This document shows positions 39,880 to 52,129 of a DNA stretch of 64,000 nucleotides, one piece after another. The stretch is from the NCBI RefSeq assembly GCF_006345805.1, contig NC_043000.1, positions 147,994,001 to 148,058,000 of the forward strand, written 5' to 3'. A program made the position numbers and the translations under genes. Each line of letters begins with the position of its first letter. The first letter of the stretch is position 1. The notes below the pieces were generated by a model that made no database searches, had not been told where the DNA came from, and was given only the letters and a program-made list of their open reading frames with translations. The stretch is from Octopus sinensis (lineage: Eukaryota).

Positions 39880-40265
39880 GTGGAGGCGCAATGGCCCAGT
39901 GGTTAGGGTAGCGGACTCGCGCTCATAGGATCGCGGTTTCGATTCCCAGACCGGGCGCTGTGAGTGTTTATTGAGCAAAAACACCTAAAAGCTCCACGAG
40001 GCTCCGGCAGGGGATGGTGGTGATCCCTGCTGTACTCTTTCACCACAACTTTCTCTCACTCTTACTTCCTGTTTCTGTTGTACCTGTATTTCAAAGGGCC
40101 GGCCTTGTCACTCTCTGTGTCACGCTGAATATCCCCGAGAACTACGTTAAGGGTACATGTGTGTGTGGAGTGCTCAGCCACTTACACGTTAATTTCACGA
40201 GCAGGCTGTTCCGTTGATTCGGATCAACCGGAACCCTGGTCGTCGTAACCGACGGAATGCTTCCA
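39880..40265 (+). mobile_element. tRNA-derived SINE family C, full length, 10-bp target-site duplication
   Basis: A-box TGGCCCAGTGG, B-box GGTTTCGATTCC; CTTCTAGAAC at 39870-39879 and 40266-40275. Confidence 0.92.
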
Positions 40266-40430
40266 CTTCTAGAACACATTGGGCTTTTACTAAATAGTAG
40301 CAACAGCAGCAGCAAAAGCAAAAATAATGATTTCTTTACTAGCCAATTATAAAATAATAACAATAATGCTTTAGTATAAAGAACAATGTAAGATAAAGTA
40401 AAGTTTAAAATGAAATAAAAGTAGCCGGAG

Positions 40431-40530
40431 AGGGAAGGACATATGCCAAAACCAGAAATAAATGCCATATCAACAATCTGAGGGAAGGACATATGCCAAA
40501 ACCAGAAATAAATGCCATATCAACAATCTG
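40431..40530. repeat. Perfect 50-bp tandem duplication
   Basis: AGGGAAGGACATATGCCAAAACCAGAAATAAATGCCATATCAACAATCTG twice. Confidence 0.95.
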
Positions 40531-41099
40531 ATGGATGTCTCAGCTGAATCTAAAAACTGTTTTTCTTTTTAGAGATTTGATAAGAGAAGATGATTTAAGA
40601 CATAAGATGCTTTTTATAGGTTATCTGTTGAGATAAACAAAGACAATAACTATGGACTGTCTGTAAAAGCAGATTTAAAGAAATGTAAAATATTTAAAAA
40701 ATAGTTACAAGGTAAAAGTGATGTTAGAAGAGCCAGGGGTTAGAGAGCTGGCTTGTTTTTCTAGTTGCCATCAAAATTGAATCTCTCAGCTTGTACTGAG
40801 TGGAGTGATGAAGAACAGGTAATCTGTGTTTTTCTTTATGAGCTCCCTAGAACTACTTGGAGTACGATGACATTAACCAACCAAGATAAGGCTAAATTAT
40901 TTTGTTATTCACTTATTCACAGACAAGTTATTTCAGTGAATGAGAAATATAACGCATCAGGGAAAAATAGGGTTATTAACAAAATGATAAATCAAACAAA
41001 ATCAAAATCAAAAATAATCAAAATCAAAATCAAATCAGATATCAGAAAGCAGAACCAAAATCGAAGTCGATCAACATCAATGGAAATTGCAGCTGTGAT

Positions 41100-41586
41100 A
41101 CCAGTGCCGGTGACAAGTAAGCGAACCATCCGATCGTGGCCGTTGCCAGCGCTGCCCCGACTGGCCTCCGTGCCGGTGGCACGTAAAAAGCACCATCCGT
41201 TTGTGACCGTTGCCAGCTTCGCCTGGCCCCCACGCCGGTGGCACGTAGCACCATCCGTTCGTGGCCGTTGCCAGCCTTGCCTGGCCTCCGTGCCGGTGGC
41301 ACGTAAAAGCACCATCCATTCGTGGCCGTTGCCAGCCTCGCCTGGCCCCCGTGCCGGTGGCACATAAAAGACACCATCCGTCCGTGGCCGTTTGCCAGCT
41401 CCGTCTGGCACGTAAAAAGCACCCACTACACTCATGGAGTGGTTGGCATTAGGAAGGGCATCCAGCCGTAGAAACACTGCCAGATCAGACTGGGCCTGAT
41501 GCAGCCTTCTGGCTTCACAGACCCCAGTTGAACCGTCCAACTCATGCTAGCATGGAAAGCGGACACTAAATGATGATGATGATGAT
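41100..41586 (+). mobile_element. SINE family D copy with five GGCAC(G/A)TA VNTR motifs
   Basis: About 60-bp units, shared 3' tail, (GAT)n. Confidence 0.88.
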
Positions 41587-42139
41587 TCAATGATGGAAAT
41601 GTTATTTGGTTGAAGAAAATGAGATAATAATGAAATTGCAGTAAGTGCAGCTATTGCAAATTTTATGCGATTGTATGGTATATATTAACATTATATTCAG
41701 AGACAAATAATAATGATTAGATGAAGGAAAAATAGAAACCACAGTGAAAAAAACTTTCACAGATTGAAAGAGGTGTTTATGGCTTATAGTAAAATAGGAA
41801 GAGTTAAATGAAAAGAACAGCTGGATGTGGGTGTAACCAGAAAAAAGTAATTAAACCATAGCTGTCAGAGATTTAGTGACCAGTGCTTGGATGTTAATGT
41901 AAGACAAAACATGAGGTCTTGCAGAAGTGGCTACAATGGGAATGGATAAACAAAACAGAACTTTGAGCCATCACTAACTGGGATGGAGTAGGAGACAGAT
42001 TTTAGCTGTTGGTGGCTATTGTGCTATCAACTGAGTTGAGGTACAATGGAAGTCTAGGTTGGGTAAGGGGAAGCATTGTACAACCTCTTTAGTGACCCCA
42101 AATCTGGTGGATAGCTGGAATGGGAGGAGTAGCAAAAAG

Positions 42140-42183
<44 letters not shown>

Positions 42184-42214
42184 TACCAGCACTGTAGAGT
42201 TGATGGTATGTGGA

Positions 42215-42444
42215 GGGGAGCTGGCAGAAACGTTAGCACGCCAGGCGAAATGCTTAGCGGTATTTCGCCTGCATTACATTGTGAGTTCAAATTCCGCTGA
42301 GGTCGACTTTGCCTTTCATCCTTTCGGGGTCGATAAATTAAGTACCAGTTACGCACTGGAGTCGATGTGATCGACTTAATACCTATGTCTGTCCTTGTTT
42401 GTCCCCTTTGTGTTTAGCCTCTTGTGAGCAATAAAGAAATAGGT
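42215..42444 (+). mobile_element. SINE family B copy
   Basis: Family B head, core and end. Confidence 0.9.
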
Positions 42445-43299
42445 ATGTGGAACAGGAATGAAAGCTCATATAATAGTGATTCACTATATTGCTGATATCT
42501 AGATATAGGGAGGTGTTATAGTCAATGAGATGTGTAAAGTTAGGAGGGGCCCAATGTGCCATAAATGTGCAACCAAGGATCATATATTTGGAACTATGGA
42601 TCCGTGGAATGCTTAAAGTCATTTAACCAACTACCTACATGCTACAGATCTGCTTGCTGAGCTGGAACTATAGAACAACAACTATCTCTCCCTTATTTCT
42701 TTTGCCCTCTTTCTGTTTCACTTATCTTTTCTCTGGGTCAAGCATTTTCCTCCTCCCAACTGCATTCCAATGCAATTCTCTTTCCCACAACTATTGACTT
42801 TTAATATTCAAACTGAAAAACTAACTTTATAAACCTTTTCTAATTGTCTTTACACACCTTCCCAATTAATTTAAGAAGACTTTGGAGGGTTCGGGTATTA
42901 CTTCTTTTTTTTTTTACTTTGATTAGGAAAATTCTATGTAAGAAATAACAAGCAAGTGATGTTATCTCTTACATTTTGCAGGGAGATCACAAATTTCAAG
43001 TGGGATTGGAACACGGATTAAGAGACGCAAACTAAACGCATTAAGCTCTACCGTTTCTTCTCATGTAGCTGCTTACCTTGCTTTGCTAAAGTGAATAGCA
43101 AAACTTGGTGATCGCTGATGTGAATGTTATACTTCTATTTTAGTGACAGAGAAAGAAAGCTCTGCGTGAAACAGGTGACGACAACCGACACATACACACA
43201 CTCAAATTTAATTGTTCTCAACAAACTGTTATTAAAGCATCTACAATTCCGTTATTTTGTTGCGTTGTAACTAACTGCATTCTATCTGATCACCTTATT

Positions 43300-43767
43300 C
43301 TAATCACCCGGTTTCGTGCAACCGGAAGATGAGGTCACGTGTAATGTTTTTCGTGGTTAAATCACTCGTCCGCTGGCACAGGTGCTTTCAGATGGCTGCT
43401 GCATATGGCTAGTCGTTTCTCATGCATTGACTGAAAAATATCACTCGTCACTTGGCTTGCGGCCCACTGAATATCGCTACTGTTTGCAAGATAAATTGTA
43501 ATTGGTTATCTTCGCTAAAAACTGTCGGGAGGGAGATTATTGTTGTTTAAAAAAACAACAAAAACTGCTCTATTTACTGTTTATTATTATTATATTTCAA
43601 GATCTTTCGCACAGCAACCAGTTGCCTTCGTGATAAATCATCTGATGCTTTTACTTTTCTTCTCTCCCTCCCGCTTTCAGTCATCTCTCTTCGGTTGGAT
43701 TAATTCTGTCGTTTTGGTGAACGTGTAACACTTGGCATTTTCGACTTGTCAATAATTGGATCTTAAC
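43300..43767 (+). promoter_or_regulatory. CpG-retaining promoter/5' UTR of the amphiphysin-like gene, probably bidirectional
   Basis: ETS-like ACCGGAAG 43321-43328, E-box GTCACGTG (CACGTG 43336-43341), YY1-like CAGATGGC at 43389, SINE-free and CpG-rich relative to the flanks, directly upstream of the ATG exon. Confidence 0.6.
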
Positions 43768-43848
43768 ATGGCAGAATCTCATCACTCCAAAGGTGGAGCT
43801 GGGATTCTAGCTAAAGCCCAGAAAAGGCTGGTCAGAACAAAAGCAAAA
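43768..43848 (+). CDS. Amph: First coding exon of an amphiphysin/BIN1-family N-BAR protein (MAESHHSKGGAGILAKAQKRLVRTKAK, H0 amphipathic helix); remaining exons not found in the window
   Basis: ATG in AACATGG context, 27 codons, phase-0 AAA|GTAAGT donor at 43849. From memory of the family: human AMPH begins MADIKTGIFAKNVQKRLNRAQEK and BIN1 [28 protein letters not shown], both with an intron after the equivalent Lys. No database search run. Confidence 0.8.
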
Positions 43849-44754
43849 GTAAGTTTGTTTTAATTCAAAAATATATTTTGTATTTATTCCGATTCAATAA
43901 TCACAAAGCCACGTGTAAAAAAAAATTTGTTTTATGTCATCCCCATCTCTCAGATACTTACACACACACAGACACACACACACACAAACAGATTCGTGAG
44001 GTTGTCAGTTTATTTATTGTTGCTGGTTTTTATTTCTTCTACTTTTACCACAAAAGACAGCAGGGAATCCACCAACGTGTCATTCCTTCCTTTTTGGCAA
44101 CACTTGAAATGACGTGTTAAGTGGGCAAACTACTAAAGGAGAGGATTTCTTGTCAGCAAGTGGTTGAGAAACTTTTAAATGTTTATATCTTCACCGAAGT
44201 GGATTGAATAAAATACTATTTAAATACACAATCTCCACAAACCTGTAGTTTTATTAACTTCTGAATGTTATAATGAAACAAAAGTTTGAAATGTCGACCA
44301 CAAACAATATATATTTTCTATAGAGCGCAGTATATCAGACTAAAAGAAGCCACCCTTTTATTTAATTATATATCTGATTCAAAATAATTTTGTTTTCTTC
44401 CTAGTTTTATTAAATTATATTATAATTGTTGTGCATCGAAAAAAAAACCATTCCACTACTGTACAAAATATGAAATCTTGGTAAATAACTTTAATGATTA
44501 TCGAAAGAAAAACTAGGATAAATGTTGGGGGGGATATATGAATTGCTACTGAAACAAACATTGGAAGAAATTAATTAAGCATTTGAAACTATAAACAACG
44601 GGTTTATCTATAAATCATTATTATTATTATTATTATTTGTTTTTACTGAAATTTTAACTTCATTTTTGAAACGTATAATATATACATTCGTGAGTTGTGT
44701 GTTAAAGGTAAGTTCAATCCAAGACCAAAAAAAAAAAGAAAAATGAACAGTAGT

Positions 44755-44793
<39 letters not shown>

Positions 44794-44796
<3 letters not shown>

Positions 44797-44858
44797 GAAA
44801 AGGTTGTGTATACAAACTTACCTATATATATATACACACACGAAAAGGTTGTGTATAC

Positions 44859-44892
<34 letters not shown>

Positions 44893-45060
44893 ATGTATAT
44901 ATACACACACGAAAAGGTTGTGTATACATATATATATATATGTGTGTGTGTGTGTATGTATATATACACACGAAAAGGTTGTGTATACATATATATATAT
45001 ATATATATGTATGTATATATATACACACACACGAAAAGGTTGTGTATGTATATATATATA
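44794..45060. repeat. Five-unit minisatellite: constant CACGAAAAGGTTGTGTAT separated by variable (TA)/(TG)/(CA) tracts
   Basis: Motif starts at 44794, 44839, 44908, 44969 and 45030. Confidence 0.9.
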
Positions 45061-48000
45061 TATGTATGTATGTATATGTTATGCAACGTGAAGTTAAAAA
45101 AATAATTTTTCCCTATGATTTTTTATTATATCGACATGACAAGACGCTTTAAATTCATTAAACTGTAAAGGAAGAAATTTCATGACGTTCATGCCTTTCC
45201 CAAGGGCATTTCCAGCGTATATAAAACGGTTTCACTAACAACAATTGTAATAATGATAATGAAATTATTGTTTATTGTTATTATTATTATTATATTATTA
45301 TTATTTCTTCCTTTGCCGCCAGAAAGCAGCAAACGTACAATAATGAGTTTTAATATTTTCGGGTGGGTATTTATGTAGTTTCAAGCTAAAGTTTAATTAA
45401 GCTCGTATATATGATATGTAATGATTGATTCAGTATATAATTCTAGTGTGTATAATTCTCGGGTGTCTTCACGAACGAAGCTCGATGTTAAAACAAAAAA
45501 AGAAAGAAAAATCTTTGATGATGATTAATTTTATAATAATTTCTTCCTCTGCGTACACACTGATCATCGATCGATCTGTGTCACCACCCAGCCTCATCAT
45601 CATGAGTAAGACAACTATTGATCCCTAAATAATCCAATGTCGCTAACGACGCAAATAAATAAAGGGATAATTCGTATAATCGTCTTTATTAGTATTACAC
45701 AATTATTAGTTCTTTTTGTTTTTTTCCTTCTAAATTATATCTTGTTTTTTGTTTTCATTGTTCATACATCGCCAATCAGTATATGGTATGAGTGGGTTTA
45801 TGCGTTGTATCTCTGTGTGTGTACACACATAGTACACACATGCACGCGCACAAATACAGTAGTAGATGGGAAAAAGGAAAGAAGATAGCAGTCAACACAT
45901 TTAGTCCAAGTTGTATTTAATAACAGGTTGACTCAGCTCCATAAATGCTTAAAGTTTCGTAGGCGCAGATATGCGCGCCTACTTTCCTCAGATGTAGTTA
46001 GTGTGTGTGTGTGTATATCGATCAGTCTGTCTCTATTTGTCTATTTATACAAACATTCTCACATAGTTACATATCTTTATTACGTATTTAAATTTGTATA
46101 TATAAGCACACACACGCACATGCTTTCATTTTATACCTACCTTTCTTTCTCATGCACACTCATAAATAAACATGAACTTTCACAGACGCTTACATTGTTG
46201 TCTGTGCCGTTGAATGGAGATGTCAAGTTTTTTTCCAACCTCTTTAAAACAAAACTCTTACATTCGCTACTACTTTGACAAACATACTTTCCACAGCCTC
46301 AAAATGTCATCAGAAATAGTTTTCTAGGGTGTGGTGTTCACACAGTAGTCAGTAGCAGATATTGTTAAAAAAAATGTCTCCGAAACATGTTACCCCGGGT
46401 AGGAATGAAAAGTTCCCCGCACGATCTAGGTTTTATTCTGGTTGATTATGTCACCAAAGACGAAATTCGGAACGACAGGAAAAGAAAAGAATTTGCGTTT
46501 ATTTCAATGCTGGCGGCGCTCGCTATGTACTGTTAGTGTGTGTAGGTGGTTCTTTAGGAATGTTTGTGGGTTTTCATCTGTCAATTTGTAACTGCTGTCT
46601 CGCTAAAAACTTACCTCTCGTAAGAGGAAAGACTGTGTGGTTGTGTACGAAAGAAACGTGAATATTCAACTCGAAAAAAAAAAAAGAAATGAATTCCTTT
46701 CTTTTGTTCCATCAGTTGACAACCCTCTCAAATTTTACGCTGAATTTTATAATTGTATATATATTTTTGTAGTCAGGCGGGAAGGCAGAGTCTTTGACCT
46801 GTTTAAAGGACCTCCAAGAGCCAATCTATACCCTTTGTTGATATCTGAACTCACCCCCCTCGCTTAAGTGTATCGCCTGACACTTTCTTCGTCTTTTCTT
46901 TTTCTCGCTCTCTCTCTCTCTCTCTCTCTCCCCTCTCTCTTTTCCACTGGAGTAGCCATGTATCTCCTCTACAGCAAGACATGTTTCTATCTCTCTGTTA
47001 TACTCTAGCCTCTCATCACCTGGCACAAATATACCCCCCTTCAAATCTACTTCCCTCTCAGTTAAGGAGTTTTGTCTTGCAAGTTATTTGGCAACCTCAC
47101 TGGTGCTGGTGCCACATGACCAGCACCCAGTACATTGTAAAATGGTTGGTGTTAGGAAAAGTATTCAGCTGTTGAAGCCTTGTTGAAGCAGACAGTAGTA
47201 GAGCTTGGCACAGTCATCTGGTTTGCCAGCTCCTTTGTGACCATCCAACCCATGCCAGCATGGAAAACAAATGTTAAATGATGATGATGAATGCCATGAA
47301 CCAGAACAAATACTGCAAGGTATCCCTGATTTGATGTCCTTTTAGTTCTGCTGATTTACTGCTTTGGGTTGGTAATTTTCTTTATTGACCCCAAAATCAT
47401 AAACGGTAAAGTTGAAGTTGGCAGGATTTGAACTAAGAATGCATAGAATCAGAACAAATTCCACAAAACATTTTGTCCAGTGCTCTAATGACTTTGCCAA
47501 TTCACTGCCTAAATTAACAATATATTTTTTGATTGTGAGGAAGATTTTTCAGTTTAAGACAAAATAAATGATGTTATTTATTGCGTGTTATGTAATAAAA
47601 AGCGGCTATCTCGTTAAGCTTACAGTTAATTTAATACTGTTATTACTTTTAATAACGCATCTAAATCTTTAACTTAGATACAAAGTTATGCTTTTGTGGG
47701 GAAGGTATAGCTGATTAAATTAACACATTGGTACAATGGTGAACATTTGATGGGAAAGACACAGGCTTGACAATGTGGTTGCAAAGTTCACTTTTCAACC
47801 AAGTAGTTTAATGTTCTATCCCATTGTATGCCACATTAGATAAAAATGTCTTCTTTGTTGCCTTGGGCTGACCAATGCCTTGTGAGTAAAATTTGGTAGA
47901 TAGAAACTCCACACACACACTGTATATTTGTGTTATGTGACTGTTGTTCTTAGATGTCTTCACATTGACTTTGTACAACATTGCAATTGTTTATGGTTCC

Positions 48001-48439
48001 TGTTAACAATGTGTCCCATGTCTCATCAGTTCAGTGGTTCTGATGTGAAATGGTTGGCAGAATAAAATATACCTTAGTTGAAAAATCATGTAATGGTAGG
48101 CAATAGGAACAATGTCTGGCCATAGAATACTGTCTCAATAAGTCTTGTAAACTTTTACCAGTATGGAAAATGAAGCTATAAAACCAATGATGAAGGGTGC
48201 AGTGATTCAATCAGCTCTAGCATATGTCTTGATTATTTTATCAATCCTAGGAGTAAGGGTGCAGCATGTACTGTGATGGGATTTGAACTCAAAACAGTGG
48301 AAACTGAAATGAAATATTGTAAAGCATTTGTACTTAGTATCATCACCATCATTTGATGTCCGTGTTCCGTAGTAGCATGGGTGGGGTGATACCACAAGAG
48401 CCAGCCAGGCCAGCACCAATAATGATAAAGGAAAAGTAT

Positions 48440-49450
48440 TCAAGGAAGATCAGGATACATAGAAACCTCAAATCAAATCCTCTCCTTGAGGACATACCCT
48501 AAGATTCACTAGTAAGGGTTTTCTTTACATAATTATGCCGTGGTGATACAGTTGGTTCAGTCAACTCCTTTGTCTTTTGATACCATAAATTTCTGGTCGA
48601 ATGAAATATCAAATTAACTTTAATGAAGCTTGAATCCAAAACAATTAGACAGTAAAGGAGCTACTTTAGAACATTTACCAAGATGTTATTTTTATTTTTT
48701 GGCATGGGGGCTTGATCCTTGAGTATCAGTTAGAAAATGGATAAACTGAGGGAATTGTCATGTATCCTGAGTCCCTTTCCTCCATATCTTATCTGTTGCT
48801 CTTGGTCAAGCAATGACAAAGAATTTGTGCCTGGCTCCTGGAATGTTTCACACACTCACAACTCTCTATTGCTTTGCCAGTGTGGTTGGTATTGTTTCAA
48901 CTGTGCATTCTGTATACAATTAGTGGCAAGCAAGAGCATCAATATTCTTATAGTGTGGACATCAACAAAAATTAACTAAATAGCTGATACTAGAAGCTGT
49001 TCATAGGCAAGGGGTTATGGACAGCTTCCAGAAATCCAAGGGAGCATTGCCAGTTGGGATAGAATCTACAGGTAATGTTGTATCATTAACTGGGTCTGAG
49101 ATGGAGATAGGGTGATAAAACCATTCTGAATGCATTTGTGCATTGCTAACAGGGAGTTATTTTGAATAGATAGTCTTGCATTTAGAATCGAAGCAACTTT
49201 CAGCTAAGTCCATCCAGAGGACTGCTTGCTGTCTTCTTTTGGCTGAGAAAGGTTATTTTCTTCTGCTTTGTGGTCATGAGAAAAGAGACTTGTGGATAGA
49301 ACTGAGAGGACTAAAGACAGGCACTTCAGACAACCTTTTCTTGTGAGGTTCTTCGATTGGCTTTAGGTGGCTCTCACCCCACTGAAATGACTCAGTTAAT
49401 TTTGTACACCGTTTTCCATGCTTGGTTATTTTTTTCTTAATTCTTTGTAA
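48440..49450 (-). mobile_element. Highly degraded CR1/Jockey-like LINE region
   Basis: Minus-strand remnants of RT-domain motifs (..QASLKLI..YGI.., ..V..RVCPQG) with many stops. Confidence 0.45.
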
Positions 49451-49640
49451 ACCTTTACTATTTTTGTAATCTACTTTTATAATGTTGCCCCAGTGGCAGT
49501 AAATGAAATCATTAGGATTGTTGTTTAGCTGTGCCTATTTTCTCTAATAATCAATTGGATTGAAAATGGTTCTGTACAATGTAAGAAATCAATATTTATA
49601 GTGAACATACCATTGACATTTTTATTATTATTATTAAATA

Positions 49641-50270
49641 AGGTGACGAGCTAGCAGAATCATTAGCACGCCAGGCGAAATGCTTAGCAGTATTTCGTCT
49701 GCCGTTACGTTCTGAGTTCAAATTCCGCCGAGGTCGACTTTACCTTTCATCCTTTCAGGGTTGATAAATTAAGCACCAGTTACACACTGGGGTCGATATA
49801 ATCGACTTAATCCGTCTGTCCTTATTTGTCTCCTCTGTGTTTAGCCCCTTGTGTGTAGTAAAGAAATAGGTATTTTGCCTGCTGCTACGTTCTGAGTTCA
49901 TATTCCACTGAGGTTGACTTTGCCTTTCATCCTTTTGGGGTTGATAAATGAAGTACCAGTGAAACACTGGGGTCAATGTAATTTGCTAGTCCCTTCTCCC
50001 CAAATTTCAGGCCTTGTGCCTAAAGTAGAAAGGATTATTATTATTATTAAGGTGGCAAGCTGGTAGAATTGTTAGCACGTTGGACAAATTGTTTAGCTGC
50101 ATTTCTTCTGGCTCTTTGCATTCTAAGTTCAAATTCTGCCAAGGTCAGCTTTACCTTTCATCCTTTCGGGGTCAATAAAATAAGTACCAGTTGAGCATTA
50201 AGGTTGATGCAATTTACTTATTCTCTCCCCTGAAATTGCTGGCCTTGTGCCAAAATTTGAAACCGATATT
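49641..50270 (+). mobile_element. Cluster of three tandem SINE family B-related copies
   Basis: Core GCCTTTCATCCTTT..GGG.TGATAAA three times (about 49740, 49920, 50155). Confidence 0.85.
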
Positions 50271-50295
50271 AGGTCAGCAAACTGGCTGAATCATT

Positions 50296-50679
50296 GGATG
50301 GAAGCACTCCGATTACGACGACGAGGGTTCCGGTTGATCCGAATCAACGGAACAGCCTGCTCGTGAAATTAACGTGTAAGTGGCTGAGCACTCCACAGAC
50401 ACGTGTACCCTTAACGTAGTTCTCGGGGATATTCAGCATGACACAGAGAGTGACAAGGCCGGCCCTTTGAAATACAGGTACAACAGAAACAGGAAGTAAG
50501 AGTGAGAGAAAGTTGTGGTGAAAGAGTACAGCAGGGATCACCACCATCCCCTGCTGGAGCCTCGTGGAGCTTTAGGTGTTTTCGCTCAATAAACACTCAC
50601 AACACCCGGTCTAGGAATCGAAACCGCGATCCTATGACCACGAGTCCGCTGCCCTAACCACTGGGCCATTGTGCCTCCT
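50296..50679 (-). mobile_element. SINE family C, full length, 11-bp target-site duplication
   Basis: Reverse complement of 39880-40265; GCTGAATCATT at 50285-50295 and 50680-50690. Confidence 0.92.
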
Positions 50680-51299
50680 GCTGAATCATTAATGTGTTAA
50701 AAAAAAAATGCCTTGCTGTGTTTGTTCTGACTCATTCTGAATTTTAATCCTGCTGAAGTCAACTTTGCTTTTCATTCCTCTGGAGTCAATAAAATCAAAT
50801 ACCAGTGTAGTACTGAAGTTTATCTAATCAACAACCTCGTAGTTATTTGTCTCATTCCTAAAGTTGAAACAATTATTATAATGGCTGATGCCAAAATAGC
50901 ATGCTGTATGTTCTAGGGTGGCTTTTAACATCTCAGACTGCATTGACCTTCTCAGTTGAAATATATAATAGAAATATAATAAGGTTGTCAATATTGCATC
51001 CTCTTACTAAACTGGTCCAGACTCTTTGGCAGAAATCATTATTGCAGCAGAGAGAGGGAATGGAGTGTTTGAAATTGTTGTGTAGAACATGAAATGACTT
51101 AGAGATATTTATTGTTCCTACTATGTTTTGAGATCAAGCTCTGGGGCCAACTCTTATTTTTTCTCCCTTTTCAGCATTAATGTGATATAAGTACCAGTGA
51201 ATTCAGTAGACTGTATCACCTCCTTATAAATTTATAGCCTTGTACCAAAGAAATCTATAACATTCCTGCAGATATGTGTGTGTGTGTGTAATCATCATT

Positions 51300-51719
51300 A
51301 CCTATTTCTTTATTACCCACAAGGGGCTAAACACAGAGGGGACAAACAAGGACAGACATAGGTATTAAGTCGATTACATCAACCCCAGTGCGTAACTGGT
51401 ACTTAATTTATTGACCCCGAAAGGATGAAAGGCAAAGTCGACCTCGGCGGAATTTGAACTCAGAACGTAACGACAGACGAAATACCTATTTCTTTATTAT
51501 GCACAAGGGGCTAAACACAGAGGGGACAAACAAGGACAGACAAACGGATTAAGTCGATTACATCGACCCCAGTGCTTAACTGGTACTTAATTTATCGACC
51601 CCGAAAAGATGAAAGGCAAAGTCGACCTCGGCGGAATTTGAACTCACAATGTAACGGCTGACGAAATACCGCTAAGTATTTCGCCCGGCGTGCTAACGTT
51701 TCTGCCAGCTCGCCGCCTT
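51300..51719 (-). mobile_element. SINE family B with its 3' part (about 185 bp) tandemly duplicated
   Basis: TACCTATTTCTTTATT...CAAGGGGCTAAACACAGAGGGGAC occurs at about 51300 and about 51483. Confidence 0.88.
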
Positions 51720-52129
51720 GGTAATCATCATTACCATTTAACATCCATGTTCCATACTGGCATGACAGGATCTGATGGATTTGAGGACTGCATTGTGCTC
51801 CGGTATCTGCTTTGGCATGGTTTCTACAGCTGGATGCTCTTTCCGATGCCAACAACTTTACAGTGTGTACAGAGTAGTTGGAGCAGAACTAGAAAGAAAT
51901 AAAAATATTGGCAATGAGGTGTCAGGTGGATCCTCAGGATACAAGGTGGGAAGTGGGTGGGGTACTAAGAGGAGTGGGGATTGAGGAAATGCCAAAGGTT
52001 GCGGTTCTATTCATTTAATTGCAGCATCTGAATAGTACCATTAGAGGGATGGTGAGTGGTGGGAATGTCTTGAGGAAATTGGGCAGGATTGGTAGTTGTG
52101 TATATACACAGGCATAATGCATTGAGACT

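Noticed and set aside
39880-39960. tRNA gene (also the heads at 30428 and 50610-50679)
   Set aside because: A and B boxes are present but no closed acceptor stem; each continues into a SINE body with a target-site duplication.
40765-41367. 200-aa ORF
   Set aside because: Runs through an A-rich low-complexity tract into the family D SINE VNTR; only the first 54 nt are kept as a weak exon candidate.
44794-45060. CRISPR-like repeat-spacer array
   Set aside because: Spacers are simple dinucleotide tracts, not unique sequences.
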